Source: Atractiella rhizophila
Taxonomy: Eukaryota
DNA length: 64,000 nucleotides
Assembly (NCBI GenBank): GCA_021432655.1
Contig: MU271238.1
Span: 1 to 64,000, forward strand
Direction: 5' to 3'
In this document: piece by piece, positions 1 to 10,782 of the stretch
Layout of the letters: the number at the start of each line of letters is the position of its first letter
How positions within the stretch are numbered: position 1 is the first letter of the stretch
Program-made: the position numbers and the translations under genes
The notes under the pieces: model-generated
The model's database searches: none
Seen by the model: the letters and a program-made list of their open reading frames with translations, nothing else
What the model was told of the DNA's origin: nothing

Positions 1-1638
1 CCATCAAGAGTTCGAGCGAGCGATAATAAGCGCGATAGATCTCGTCCCTCTTCGTCGCGGTGTACAAATGGTAGATATGCCACGGAAACTAGAGGTAATA
101 AGCGTTCAGCTTCGTCTCGTGGAAGGATAAAAGAAAATTACCCACCTTCATAACAACACTGACAAGATTCAAGAACGGTCTTTCAGGCATCTTTTTTGCG
201 TGCGTAGCCTATGTTCTGGTCAGCATTCAGTTAAGATGGGAAGAGAGGAGTGCGAACTTGAAGACCACAGAACATGACGAGATTCTCTAACTCCCTCCTC
301 CTGATGACCTCATGTCTCTGTCCAGTCAAAAAAATATCCTCCTCGTCGACATTGGAGAGCACGTCTTCTCCGAATCCCCTTTTGAAACTGTAAAATAACT
401 ATTTCCCATTCACCCCAGTATGAGTATAACCAAGCGGAAGACATGTTCCAAGATGGAAAGAATAAAAGGTGACGAACCTCCTCCATTACTTCCTTCGTTC
501 CGCACAAGCTAACGCTCACGGGTCTTCCTTCGCTGCCTGCCTTGACATAACGATCTTTGTTGCCGACGATCTTCTTCCCGTCTAGCCTAAAGACGCATCC
601 CTGGGCGAGTTCGAGGCTCGGGAAGTCCACGTAGCATTGTGAGAAAGTTTGGCACGTCTTTCGATCCGCTATAATGTGGACAAAGCAGGTCCCTGCGGTT
701 GGAGGCAGGCACAGAAATGCCAAAAGTTCCGCGGAAGAAATATCCCAAGGTATCTGGTCCACCGCAACAACAGAAGATTAGCAAGTGAGAAGAGAAGGAA
801 AGTAGGGGGAAGACTGGGAAAAGGCCATACGTTATCGATCCTGATTGGGAACAGAGGAGGAGGAGCCGGAAGCCCAGGATGGATCGTATTCGTGAAGGGT
901 GAGGAGAAAGAAGCGCGGCAGGAACCCGAATATGTCGTGAAAGGAGTGAATGGGGAGGCTTTCGTTCCACCTCGCCCCTTATTCTCAGGTGTTTTCATTC
1001 TGTTCCCACCAGAAATCGTTAGCATCCTCGCACCATAAACAAAACAACCATGATGGACGAAGAACTAAATCGTACCCGGAAGTCCTAGAAGGTTGGGCAA
1101 ACGAAATAGCACCAGGTCCTCCAATCCCTTCAACTGGCAAGTTGCAAAGACCACACTCCATTTTCCCCCTCGGAACATTAGCGGCTGAGTTGATAAGAGT
1201 ATTAATGCACCTTTCGCACAGCAAGTGTTTGCAAGGAAGAATAGGCGTAAGGGTCTTCGTAGCCTTTCTGGAGCAGTTTGAACACTCTCTAACCTGCTTC
1301 GAAGGAGAGGTGTTGGGAGTCAAGACTTGAAGAAGACGTTCTTGCTGAGTGGCTGGAGGAGTTTGGGGTGGCCCGGGGAAAGTCGCTTTTCCAGGAAAAG
1401 AGCTCTCAGTTCTTCCAAACGTGTTGGAGAGAGAGGAAGGAAACGGACCTGTGGAAGCCACTTTCGGAGTAGGATCCCATTCGAATGCCTCGTCGAGCTC
1501 ATCTTGAACCGACCTTCTCCACTCAATCACCTCTTTCGAGGCTGACTTGGAATTTGACGTCGCCTCTCGTTGAGGGTTGGTTTGTTTCGGGGGAGAAGCG
1601 ATAGACGGTGAGATATTCAAAACCATGGACCCCGTCAT
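1..1638 (-). CDS. RING-finger + RRM RNA-binding protein (spliced; 3' end runs off the window start)
   Basis: ATG at 1638 (MTGSMVLNISPS). C3HC4-type RING CSNC..LPCKHLLCERC..CGLC in ORF 985-1872. Joining across the intron at ~762-829 gives an RRM-like segment 'IRIDN-IPWDISSAELLAFL..VHIIADRKTCQTFSQCYVDFPSLELAQGCVFRLDGKK'. Further exons lie below 470. Confidence 0.75.
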
Positions 1639-2498
1639 CTTGTAAAACTCTCTCGATTTCGCGAAAAAAACAAGAGACACGATCTGCAACTGAAATACTG
1701 AAAGCACTGAAGTTGAAACACTGGAAAGTACGAAAGAAACGTCGACGAGGAGAACAGTCGAAGGGGAGTTGGTGGTTTTGAAAGTGGAAGAGAGTTGGGA
1801 AAAGGGGCTTTTTATCTGGGAAACGGATAACAAGAACTTTAAAAATTGGCGACGCGTTTGGAGGCGCGTCAAAATGTGACACGTGAAGAGTGAAGAGACT
1901 CAGGTGCACTGCAGGAGAAACAGGACACCAACTCCAGGCAGGACTCCTGAACCGATGCTTTACAGAAGACGTAGAAATAGTTATGAACGAGGTCTTTTAT
2001 GGGAGGAAACTGGGTAGAGAGGATGTCTCAGACAGTCGCAGTTGTAAGTGCACTTTCGGACGGGACTGTGAGAACATGTTTCGCTTTAGCACTTACACAT
2101 CACTTTCTGCCTCCGACATTTTGGCATGTCCTTATTTACTCTTACTATCTTGTGCCGTCGTTTCATTGCGTGGTATTGGAGTCGCTAGGCTGGCAAGAAA
2201 CACGGGCGTGAAAAGCAAGGCGTTGAGAACATAGGCTGCAATGATGGAGTCTTGTGGACTTCGCCGCCAAACGAAGGCAACTTGTGAGCATCAATGTCAC
2301 CAATCTGGGTGTTGCTTAGGAGCCAGGTGATCAGGTTGAGGCTCAGATGAGGAACTGCGTGACTCTGCTCGTTCAGCAGCAGATGAGCTGCCCAAAGATC
2401 GTTGAATTCTCAATTGAAGCGTCCACTCTGTCATGCAAGCCTGGTTAGAAAAGTTGGCATTTATTCCCATTCGCCTGACGTAGCATTTGCGTTACTCC

Positions 2499-4099
2499 TT
2501 AAAGGACAATTTTTTTCTCCTTCTCGAGCTTATCCAAACATTTTCGCAATCTGTCAACCAAAACCACAGACGTCGATATATCCGCCGTGTACACAAACCT
2601 ATAATGTCCGTCTAAATTGGAATGAAATTCCTGTTCGGTTGTGAGCTTAGAAGGACTAAAAGACGTGGGGGATGACAGACCTCTCCTGTTGGAAAATATA
2701 CCCCTCCTTCCTCCACTATCCATCTCAACAGTTTCACTTGCTTACTCTGTTTGACCTCGCCATCATCTACCTTCTCAGTCTTCAGGCCTCCCTCAAAATA
2801 TTTCGACCATTGGCTCAAATCAAGCCAGATGTATAGCCCCGAATTGGAAGGATGGAAGGGAATGTTCTTCTCTCTCAAAGCGGAGGTAACACGTTTGTAT
2901 CCTTCTTCGAGGCGAGCTCGAAAGGTAGTGACGTACTCGTTGAAGCGAGAAGAAGACAGAAAGCGCTCCAGGAAAACGACTGTGAAATGAGTTGGTATGA
3001 CGTACCATTGCAACGGTGTGAGAACCTTCAAAAGCTGTCGATTCCGCGTCACGAAGAAACCAGCACGAAGACCGCCCATGCCTAGATCTAGTTCCTCCCA
3101 GGACGTGGTTTGCATCGCATTATCAACAAGAAAGGACGCACCTTTCGAAGCTCCCCAGAAGGCGTGGATATTCCCGAGCTTCATCTCCTCGCTGTCCTCC
3201 TCTACCAAGCTCAGAACCCTTGTAAACGTGTCCATCCCCTCGCTGGCAAATGAAGAGAGCCCATAAATTTCGTCTGAGATGAAATGTATCTTCTTCTCGG
3301 TGCACCAAGCGATAAGCTTTTTCAAAGTCTCTCCAGAATAACATCGACCTGAAGGATTGTTGGGATTTGACGTGAGAACCGCTTTGATCTTTCCTCCCTC
3401 TTGCACGTAAGAGTTGTATGCCCTGTCGAAAGCTGATATAAAGGCATCGGAAGAAGAAGCAGCGAATTGGTCTTCGATTTGAGGATCCGAATCAGTTGGC
3501 ACTTTGACAAGTTCAACGTCGTTTCTGATCTCCATGTTGGCCTGAAAACCGCTAAAATTCGGACAAGGCATCATGACTGCGTCTAGAACCAGATTTTGAT
3601 AACTTTCATTCTGAAGAGAGACGAATGCATTACACACCTCCACTTTCGAAGAGAGTGTAACCAAGCAAGTTGATCAACGGGGTGGTTCCACATGTGATAA
3701 TGATTTCTTCGCTCTTGACTGGTACTTTCGATTGAAAGTTTCCATTGAAAATATTCGCCAGAGATTGCTTCAATACGTCAGAGCCGAATCGGTTGCCATA
3801 CGGCAATGCTAATAAATGTTTGAATATTGATTGCTGTCTCAGGTTAAAGTCATTTCCTTACTGTTATCTACTTCAAAATCATCCTGTTCTTTCGACCACC
3901 ATTCCTTCACCCAGTCTAACATCAGGTAGCTCTTTGCACCAAAGACGTTGATGAGTCCATCAGGAGTAGTCCTTTGATCATAGACGGCTTTTGAGGCAAC
4001 GAGATCGTCAAAGGGAACAAGATTGCTCAATTCTGCTGGGCTCGTCGTATTCTTCAAGGATCGTGCGGAAGGAAGGAGCTGAGTAGTAGTAGCTGCCAT
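2499..4099 (-). CDS. ACC-synthase-like class I PLP-dependent aminotransferase-fold enzyme, copy 1
   Basis: Exons give MAATTTQLL..GLINVFGAKSYL, LPYGNRFGS, LTSNPNNPSGRCY, HFISDEIY, WGASK/DLGMGGLRAG (PLP lysine motif across an intron), SGLYIWLDL and GHYRFVY; ends KKIVL*. Confidence 0.85.
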
Positions 4100-4474
4100 T
4101 CGCGCCTTGTCCAGATTGGTTCAGACCTTCAAGTAGGACTCGTAGAACTCTTTTGAAATCCTTTCGCTAGCTATCAATGCGGGCTATGCTCCTGCGTACC
4201 CACAAGACTGCTTATGAAGGAATTTCATGACATTTGTGGCGCGACCTGATGTCGTCTGAATCAGCCAAATTGAACAGCGTGGCTTCTGCGGCACGAGCAG
4301 ATCGGACTAATGGCAGCAGAGTGGAGGACGAAGTTCTCCCTTTAATTTACCTGTTCAAATGAGCGGGCCAAAGATCGTTGAATTCTCAATTGAAGCGTCC
4401 ACTCTGTCATGCAAGCCTGGTTAGAAAAGCTGGCATTTATTCCCATTCGCCTGACGTAGCATTTGCGTTACTCC

Positions 4475-6075
4475 TTAAAAGACACTTTTTTTCTCCTTCT
4501 CGAGCTTATCCAAACATTTTCGCAATCTGTCAACCAAAACCACAGACGTCGATATATCCGCGGTGTACACAAACCTATAATGTCCGTCTAAATTGGAATG
4601 AAATTCCTGTTCGGTTGTGAGCTTAGAAGGACTAAAAGACGTGGGGGATGACAGACCTCTCCTGTTGGAAAATATACCCCTCCTTCCTCCACTATCCATC
4701 TCAACAGTTTCACTTGCTTACTCTGTTTGACCTCGCCATCATCTACCTTCTCAGTCTTCAGGCCTCCCTCAAAATATTTCGACCATTGACTCAAATCAAG
4801 CCAGATGTATAGCCCCGAATTGGAAGGATGGAAGGGAATGTTCTTCTCTCTCAAAGCGGAGGTAACACGTTTGTATCCTTCTTCGAGGCGAGCTCGAAAG
4901 GTAGTGACGTACTCGTTGAAGCGAGAAGAAGACAGAAAGCGCTCCAGGAAAACGACTGTGAAATGAGTTGGTATGACGTACCATTGCAATGGTGTGAGAA
5001 CCTTCAAAAGCTGTCGATTCCGCGTCACGAAGAAACCAGCACGAAGACCGCCCATGCCTAGATCTAGTTCCTCCCAGGATGTGGTTTGCATTGCATTATC
5101 AACAGGAAAGGACGCACCTTTTGAAGCTCCCCAGAAGGCGTGGATATTCCCGAGCTTCATCTCCTCGCTGTCCTCCTCTACCAAGCTCAGAACCCTTGTA
5201 AAGGTGTCCATCCCCTCGCTGGCAAATGAAGAGAGCCCATAAATTTCGTCTGAGATGAAATGTATCTTCTTCTCGGTGCACCAAGCGATAAGCTTTTTCA
5301 AAGTCTCTCGAGAATAACATCGACCTGAAGGATTGTTGGGATTTGACGTGAGGACCGCTTTGATCTTTCCTCCCTCTTGCACGTAAGAGTTGTATGCCCT
5401 GTCGAAAGCTGATATAAAGGCATCGGAAGAAGAAGCAGCGAATTGGTCTTCGATTTGAGGATCCGAATCAGTTGGCACTTTGACAAGTTCAACGTCGTTT
5501 CTGATCTCCATGTTGGCCTGAAAACCGCTAAAATTCGGACAAGGCATCATGACTGCGTCTAGAACCAGATTTTGATAACTTTCGTTCTGAAGAGAGACGA
5601 ATGCATTACACACCTCCACTTTCGAAGAGAGTGTAACCAAGCAAGTTGATCAACGGGGTGGTTCCACATGTGATAATGATTTCTTCGCTCTTGACTGGTA
5701 CTTTCGATTGAAAGTTTCCATTGAAAATATTCGCCAGAGATTGCTTCAATACGTCAGAGCCGAATCGGTTGCCATACGGCAATGCTAATAAATGTTTGAA
5801 TATTGATTGCTGTCTCAGGTTAAAGTCATTTCCTTACTGTTATCTACTTCAAAATCATCCTGTTCTTTCGACCACCATTCCTTCACCCAGTCTAACATCA
5901 GGTAGCTCTTTGCACCAAAGACGTTGATGAGTCCATCAGGAGTAGTCCTTTGATCATAGACGGCTTTTGAGGCAACGAGATCGTCAAAGGGAACAAGATT
6001 GCTCAATTCTGCTGGGCTCGTCGTGTTCTTCAAGGATCGTGCGGAAGGAAGGAGCTGAGTAGTAGTAGCTGCCAT
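4475..6075 (-). CDS. ACC-synthase-like PLP-dependent enzyme, copy 2
   Basis: Same exon structure as copy 1; differs by CYSG->CYSR and C-terminus KKSVF*. Confidence 0.85.
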
Positions 6076-6462
6076 TCGCGCCTTGTCCAGATTGGTTCAG
6101 ACCTTCAAGTAGGACTCGTAGAACTCTTTTGAAATCCTTTCGCTAGCTATCAATGCGGACTATGCTCCTGCGTACCCACAAGACTGCTTATGAAGGAATT
6201 TCATGACATCTGTGGCGCGACCTGATGTCGTCTGAATCAGCCAAATTGAACAGCGTGGCTTCTGCGGCACGAGCAGATCGGACTAATGGCAGCAGAGTGG
6301 AGGACGAAGTTCTCCCTTTAATTTACCTGTTCAACGGCAGAGAAATCAAGGGAAGTATCATCAAAGTACTGAGAACTGTTTGCTTGTTTGCAGGGCCAGC
6401 TGTGGGAAAATACGACACTATTCCTTTCCTTGTTTATTCCTTGTCTCTCCGAATCCAACACT

Positions 6463-9400
6463 TTACTTCCAAGTATCATTGACAGTGATGGTCTGGCCTT
6501 GAGCAGGGCTCGTCACAACTCTGTTCGGATCAGTTTCCCAGGTAACTGGTTGCCCGTTACTGTACGGCTCAACCTTTCGGATATACCTGCGAGAAAAGCA
6601 TCAAGGAAAGTTCGAAAGGTCAAATGGAGACATACTTATACTGGATCGCCGTGTTGGCGGGCACCTCTACTGTTACTGTCCAAATGGGATAGTTGGGGTT
6701 CGTAAGAGGACTGTTCAAGCAGGATCAGCGTTGGGCGAAGAAGTGTTTATGAACTAGGTACCCGATGGCGGCATACGGATTCCAGTTGCTCAGCTGATCA
6801 ATATTTCCGGTAAGGAAGATATTCTCTCCCCAGAACGTCTGCGCATTGACGTTAAAAGTTATTTTTGAGGTGCCGCCATTGCCAGGCGGAGGAGTGGTAG
6901 TGGTCGTAGTACTTGTGGTTGTGGTCGTCGTCTGCAAAGTCTGGTCATTAAGGGAAAGGATGTTGGAAATACAAACCGTGGTGGAGGTGTCTGGAGGTTG
7001 GGTTGGCCCAGTTCCTCCTCCAGTCCCGGTCAGCGTAATCGTAGTTGTAGGGGCAACAGTGGCTGGAGTTGTGGAGAGTGAAGGCCTGGCATCGCATGCC
7101 ACTGTGCACGAAATCAACAAAGGGGGAAAATGATGCACATTACACACCTCTCAAGCCTTGGTTAAACCTATAGTTGATTGAGAATTGAAACGTTATTTCC
7201 AAAAGAATATACTCACATGCCATAAGCGGGAGCTACAAGACTATCGATCTGTTCGGCAGGTACCGTTCCGACGTACGCGTTGAAGTTGTAAATACCACTG
7301 TCAGAATACCGTCGGTTTTCTGATCTCAAGAGAAATCCAATATGCTGACCAGATGCCTGGAGAGAAGATCAATGTATGACACGCTAGTAAAGGGAAAGTG
7401 GTTACAAGTGTTCGTAATTTGCTTCAAACTGGTTGCACTGAAGACAGTTGCACCATTCCTGATGAGGGAGAACGACTGGCTACCAACGGCCATCGGGAGG
7501 GCAAAAAAGTTGGCACCCGCTGAGGCTGGATAACTGCATGCAGCGCCAACAAGAAAGATGATGGAGGTAAAACAACTCGCCTGTAGGCAGTCGATCCACT
7601 CTGGACAAGCACTGTTCCTGGAGATTTGAGCAAGGAAACAACAAAAACTTGATCCTACAATCGGAAATCAATAAGCATACAAGCAGAGCAGAATAAGGGC
7701 TTTACTTGTAACGATTGCCATCCATTAGGTCTGCCGTTAAAGTAGTTTCCAGAATCCTATGCTCTCCTTAACAACAACCAAGTGTTTGAGCTAATGAGCT
7801 TACGTTGTTAGCCGATCCCATAGTCGTGTCGGTGGCATCACAGTTCAAATCTCGAGGATTGGGGCGGTACCTGCCATCGTCTCAACATTTCATTCTTCAT
7901 TAAACCGAAGAACGCACCAGTAAACCACTTTTTCGTCCTGAATATAGCTCGCAACGCTAGAAGCACCGGCCTTGTAGGCTTGAATGTATGGTTTCGACAT
8001 AGCGAGCCAGCCTGTGTGAGGCATATCGTTTACCCATTTCGATGCACCTGTCACCACAATTTAGCACGTTGACGGTTTTATGACACAACAGTTTACCATC
8101 ATCTGTATGAGGAGAGCTGAGAGGTGCCACGTAGTGAGATTCGCCATAATCATTCCAAGTGACGCTGAATGGCGGTCAACACAGGAACCTCCTAGTTTAA
8201 GGGGAAAGCAGACATTCTAAAGCAAAACTGTCAACTCGAGGTAAAGGAGTGATTCAGGAAGACATACTCGACAAACTGTGGCTTCATCGCGAGAATCCTC
8301 TCCCACCTTCTGTACCACAAGTTATCGCCAGGGAAAACCCAATTCTTCGAATAAGGGACCTCGTTTCCGAAATGGGTGCTAAGAAGGAAATATTAGCCTT
8401 TCTTACTCGTGTCATGGCGAATAAAGCGTACGAGAACCAGGCTGAGGCAGCTAAATGTAAAATATGACGTGTCAGCATCGACATGTGAATGAGATAGAAC
8501 GCTGAAATGAACGTACGAGCCCAGTAATCTTTTCCGTTCAAAGCATTGATGTAGGTCTGATCACCTTGCTCTACAGACACAAGATCATGTCCATCAGGCG
8601 CAGGCGCCTTGTTGTGACCCTTGATCCAGATATCAGCGAGGAGGGAAAGCACAAGACTGTGCTTGCGAACTCACATTGTTGTCCCATCCTGCCAATGTGA
8701 ACTCCGTCAGAAAGTGATCACGGAGCGAAGATGAAACACACCTAACCAGTTGAGCGCGCCATCAAGGGGTGCAAAATTCGCTACATGGTAGTTAAACTTC
8801 TGACTCCTATGGAGAGGTAATGGGGAGCAGTAGAGTTACTTACAAACGGAAGGATTCTGAAAGTTGAATCCTATGTATAAGTCCATTCCAGCTGTGTTCC
8901 TAATGGTCTGGATATCGATTCCATCTCCCCAGAAGGAGGAGGCCACGACTTTATTGTTGATTTTGAGTTGAGACGCGTAGGACGCGTATTGTTTGATCTA
9001 TAAGCCACATTGCTTGAGGACCATATAAATAAGAGAAGAAAACGATGTACCTTGTTGCCGACATCCACGGGCTGAGGAATAGGTCGTAAAAATCATGCCA
9101 ACCTAGAGCTACTGCCAAGCGTACCTGATTCGTGTGGTACCTTGGGATAAAATTGAGCTGGCAGAAATGATGAATAGTTAGGGAGGGACATACCAGTTGA
9201 AATCGAAGGAGATGAAGACCTTGAAGTTATTGTTTACGGCCGATTGAAAAGCATTCGTCAACTGAGCATCCGTGTACCTGCATTTTCCGTACGTAAACAC
9301 CAAGGATTGAATAAGAGCAAGGATGATACGAACGGGTCAACACCGATATTCAACTTAAATTTGTGGTTGTGTGAGCGACATTAAGGAGTACGCGGATAGC

Positions 9401-9922
9401 AACGAACCGCAAATGCTAAAATTTACGTTAGTAAAGCTGAAGAGGAGCAGAAAAAGGGGCGTACCATCGATTCCATATGATTTTGCAAGTTGGATGTCTG
9501 TTTCATATCCGTATTAACACCTTGTCAGAGATATGGAGTAAAAATAACTTACCCTTATCGAAGTCTGCGGGGCTGCCTATTACCCTTTATTTCAGCAAAC
9601 ATTGTCGAAATGTGAATCTGACAGGTTACCTCTGTTGCTTACAATTCCAATCTTGTAACACGTGAGACCAAACATGAAGTAGAGGAGAGGAGAAATATGT
9701 ACCATAAAATGCGCGAATACTCTGCAGTTTCCCATCAATATTGTTCATCAAACAGAGGGATAGAAGTACTGACAGCTTAGTATTAGCTTGTCTGGTCGCC
9801 AGATGATTACTAGATCCAGGGATGTCGTCTCCCCAAACTATCCTTGGCGCCGCAGAAACTTTGGAGGCCCAAAGACCTGCAACTTGCAAGAGAGCGGACG
9901 CAAAGCCTAGAGACAATTTCAT
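6463..9922 (-). CDS. Secreted GH71 alpha-1,3-glucanase (mutanase) with Thr-rich linker and C-terminal CBM20
   Basis: Signal peptide MKLSLGFASALLQVAGLWASKVSA. GH71 motifs across many short exons: VFAHFM, FKVFISFDFNW, DGALNW, GDQTYINALNGKDY, GIYNFNAYVG. Poly-Thr linker. CBM20 'ITFNVNAQTFWGENIFLTGNIDQLSNWNP..YPIWTVTVEVPANTAIQYK..WETDPNRVVTSP..TVNDTWK*'. Confidence 0.85.
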
Positions 9923-10782
9923 CTCGCCTTTTCACTCACCACAAGATGGTTTTCGAAGTGGGCATAGCGATCTCTGCGTCCTGTCCAGCTTTTATATTTT
10001 CTCTCGTGCCCCTGCGAAAAACCATACTGGACTTCCTGGGAGATTGATGCGTTAGCACACCTCTGACCGTTGTGGCCGTGATCCATCGCACCAACCAGTC
10101 GGCTACGAACAATGAAGGTGTGATGGATACATGCTTCTCTGCAATGGGAAGACGACGGCGAGCACGCAGTTGGTGCGGAGAAGGCACTTGGATGAAGGGC
10201 TAGGAGGGTGGGGAGCATTGGGTTTGAGTGGAGGTGGTGTGAACGATGTAGAAAAACAGAAAGGGACACGCTAAACAGTGTACAGTAGTAAGTATAGTCT
10301 TGAACGCTTCCCGAGGTTCGAAGAGTAGCAACTTGCCCTCAATCATTGTCGCCAGCGGGGGATCTGGATCGATCATCGCTGAGAGCATTCAGATTGCAGA
10401 ATCAGTCAATCGATAAGATGGTATCGATTACTAGGCTCGTCGGGTCTTCAGGTTTGAGAAGCAGACTTGAACATAGCTATATAGCTTATGACGGTGACTG
10501 CACATGTGCGCAACGAAGTGGTTCTAAGAAAAAAGCTGTTATAACACAGCATGCCCGCTCGTCCCCGTGGAACGTAACAGCTTCGCTTCTCAGGTGGGGA
10601 GATGTAGAATGGTCAAGATGGTCATGCAAGGCAGGGAGAGGAAAACACAATCACGTGTAATCATATTCTCGGTTCCGCGGAGAAACACCGCAAACGAAGG
10701 TGTTTACCACGGTAGTTATCGACAAATCTACTGCCTGTCAGCAGGAACAGCTCTATCGATGTCCGCACCCATCAGGACGTAG

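Larger units (their letters stand above)
2383..6334. repeat. Direct tandem duplication, 2 x 1,976 bp (2383-4358 / 4359-6334)
   Basis: Copies align without gaps at offset 1976; roughly 20 substitutions seen by eye; the ORF track repeats with the same offset. Confidence 0.95.
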
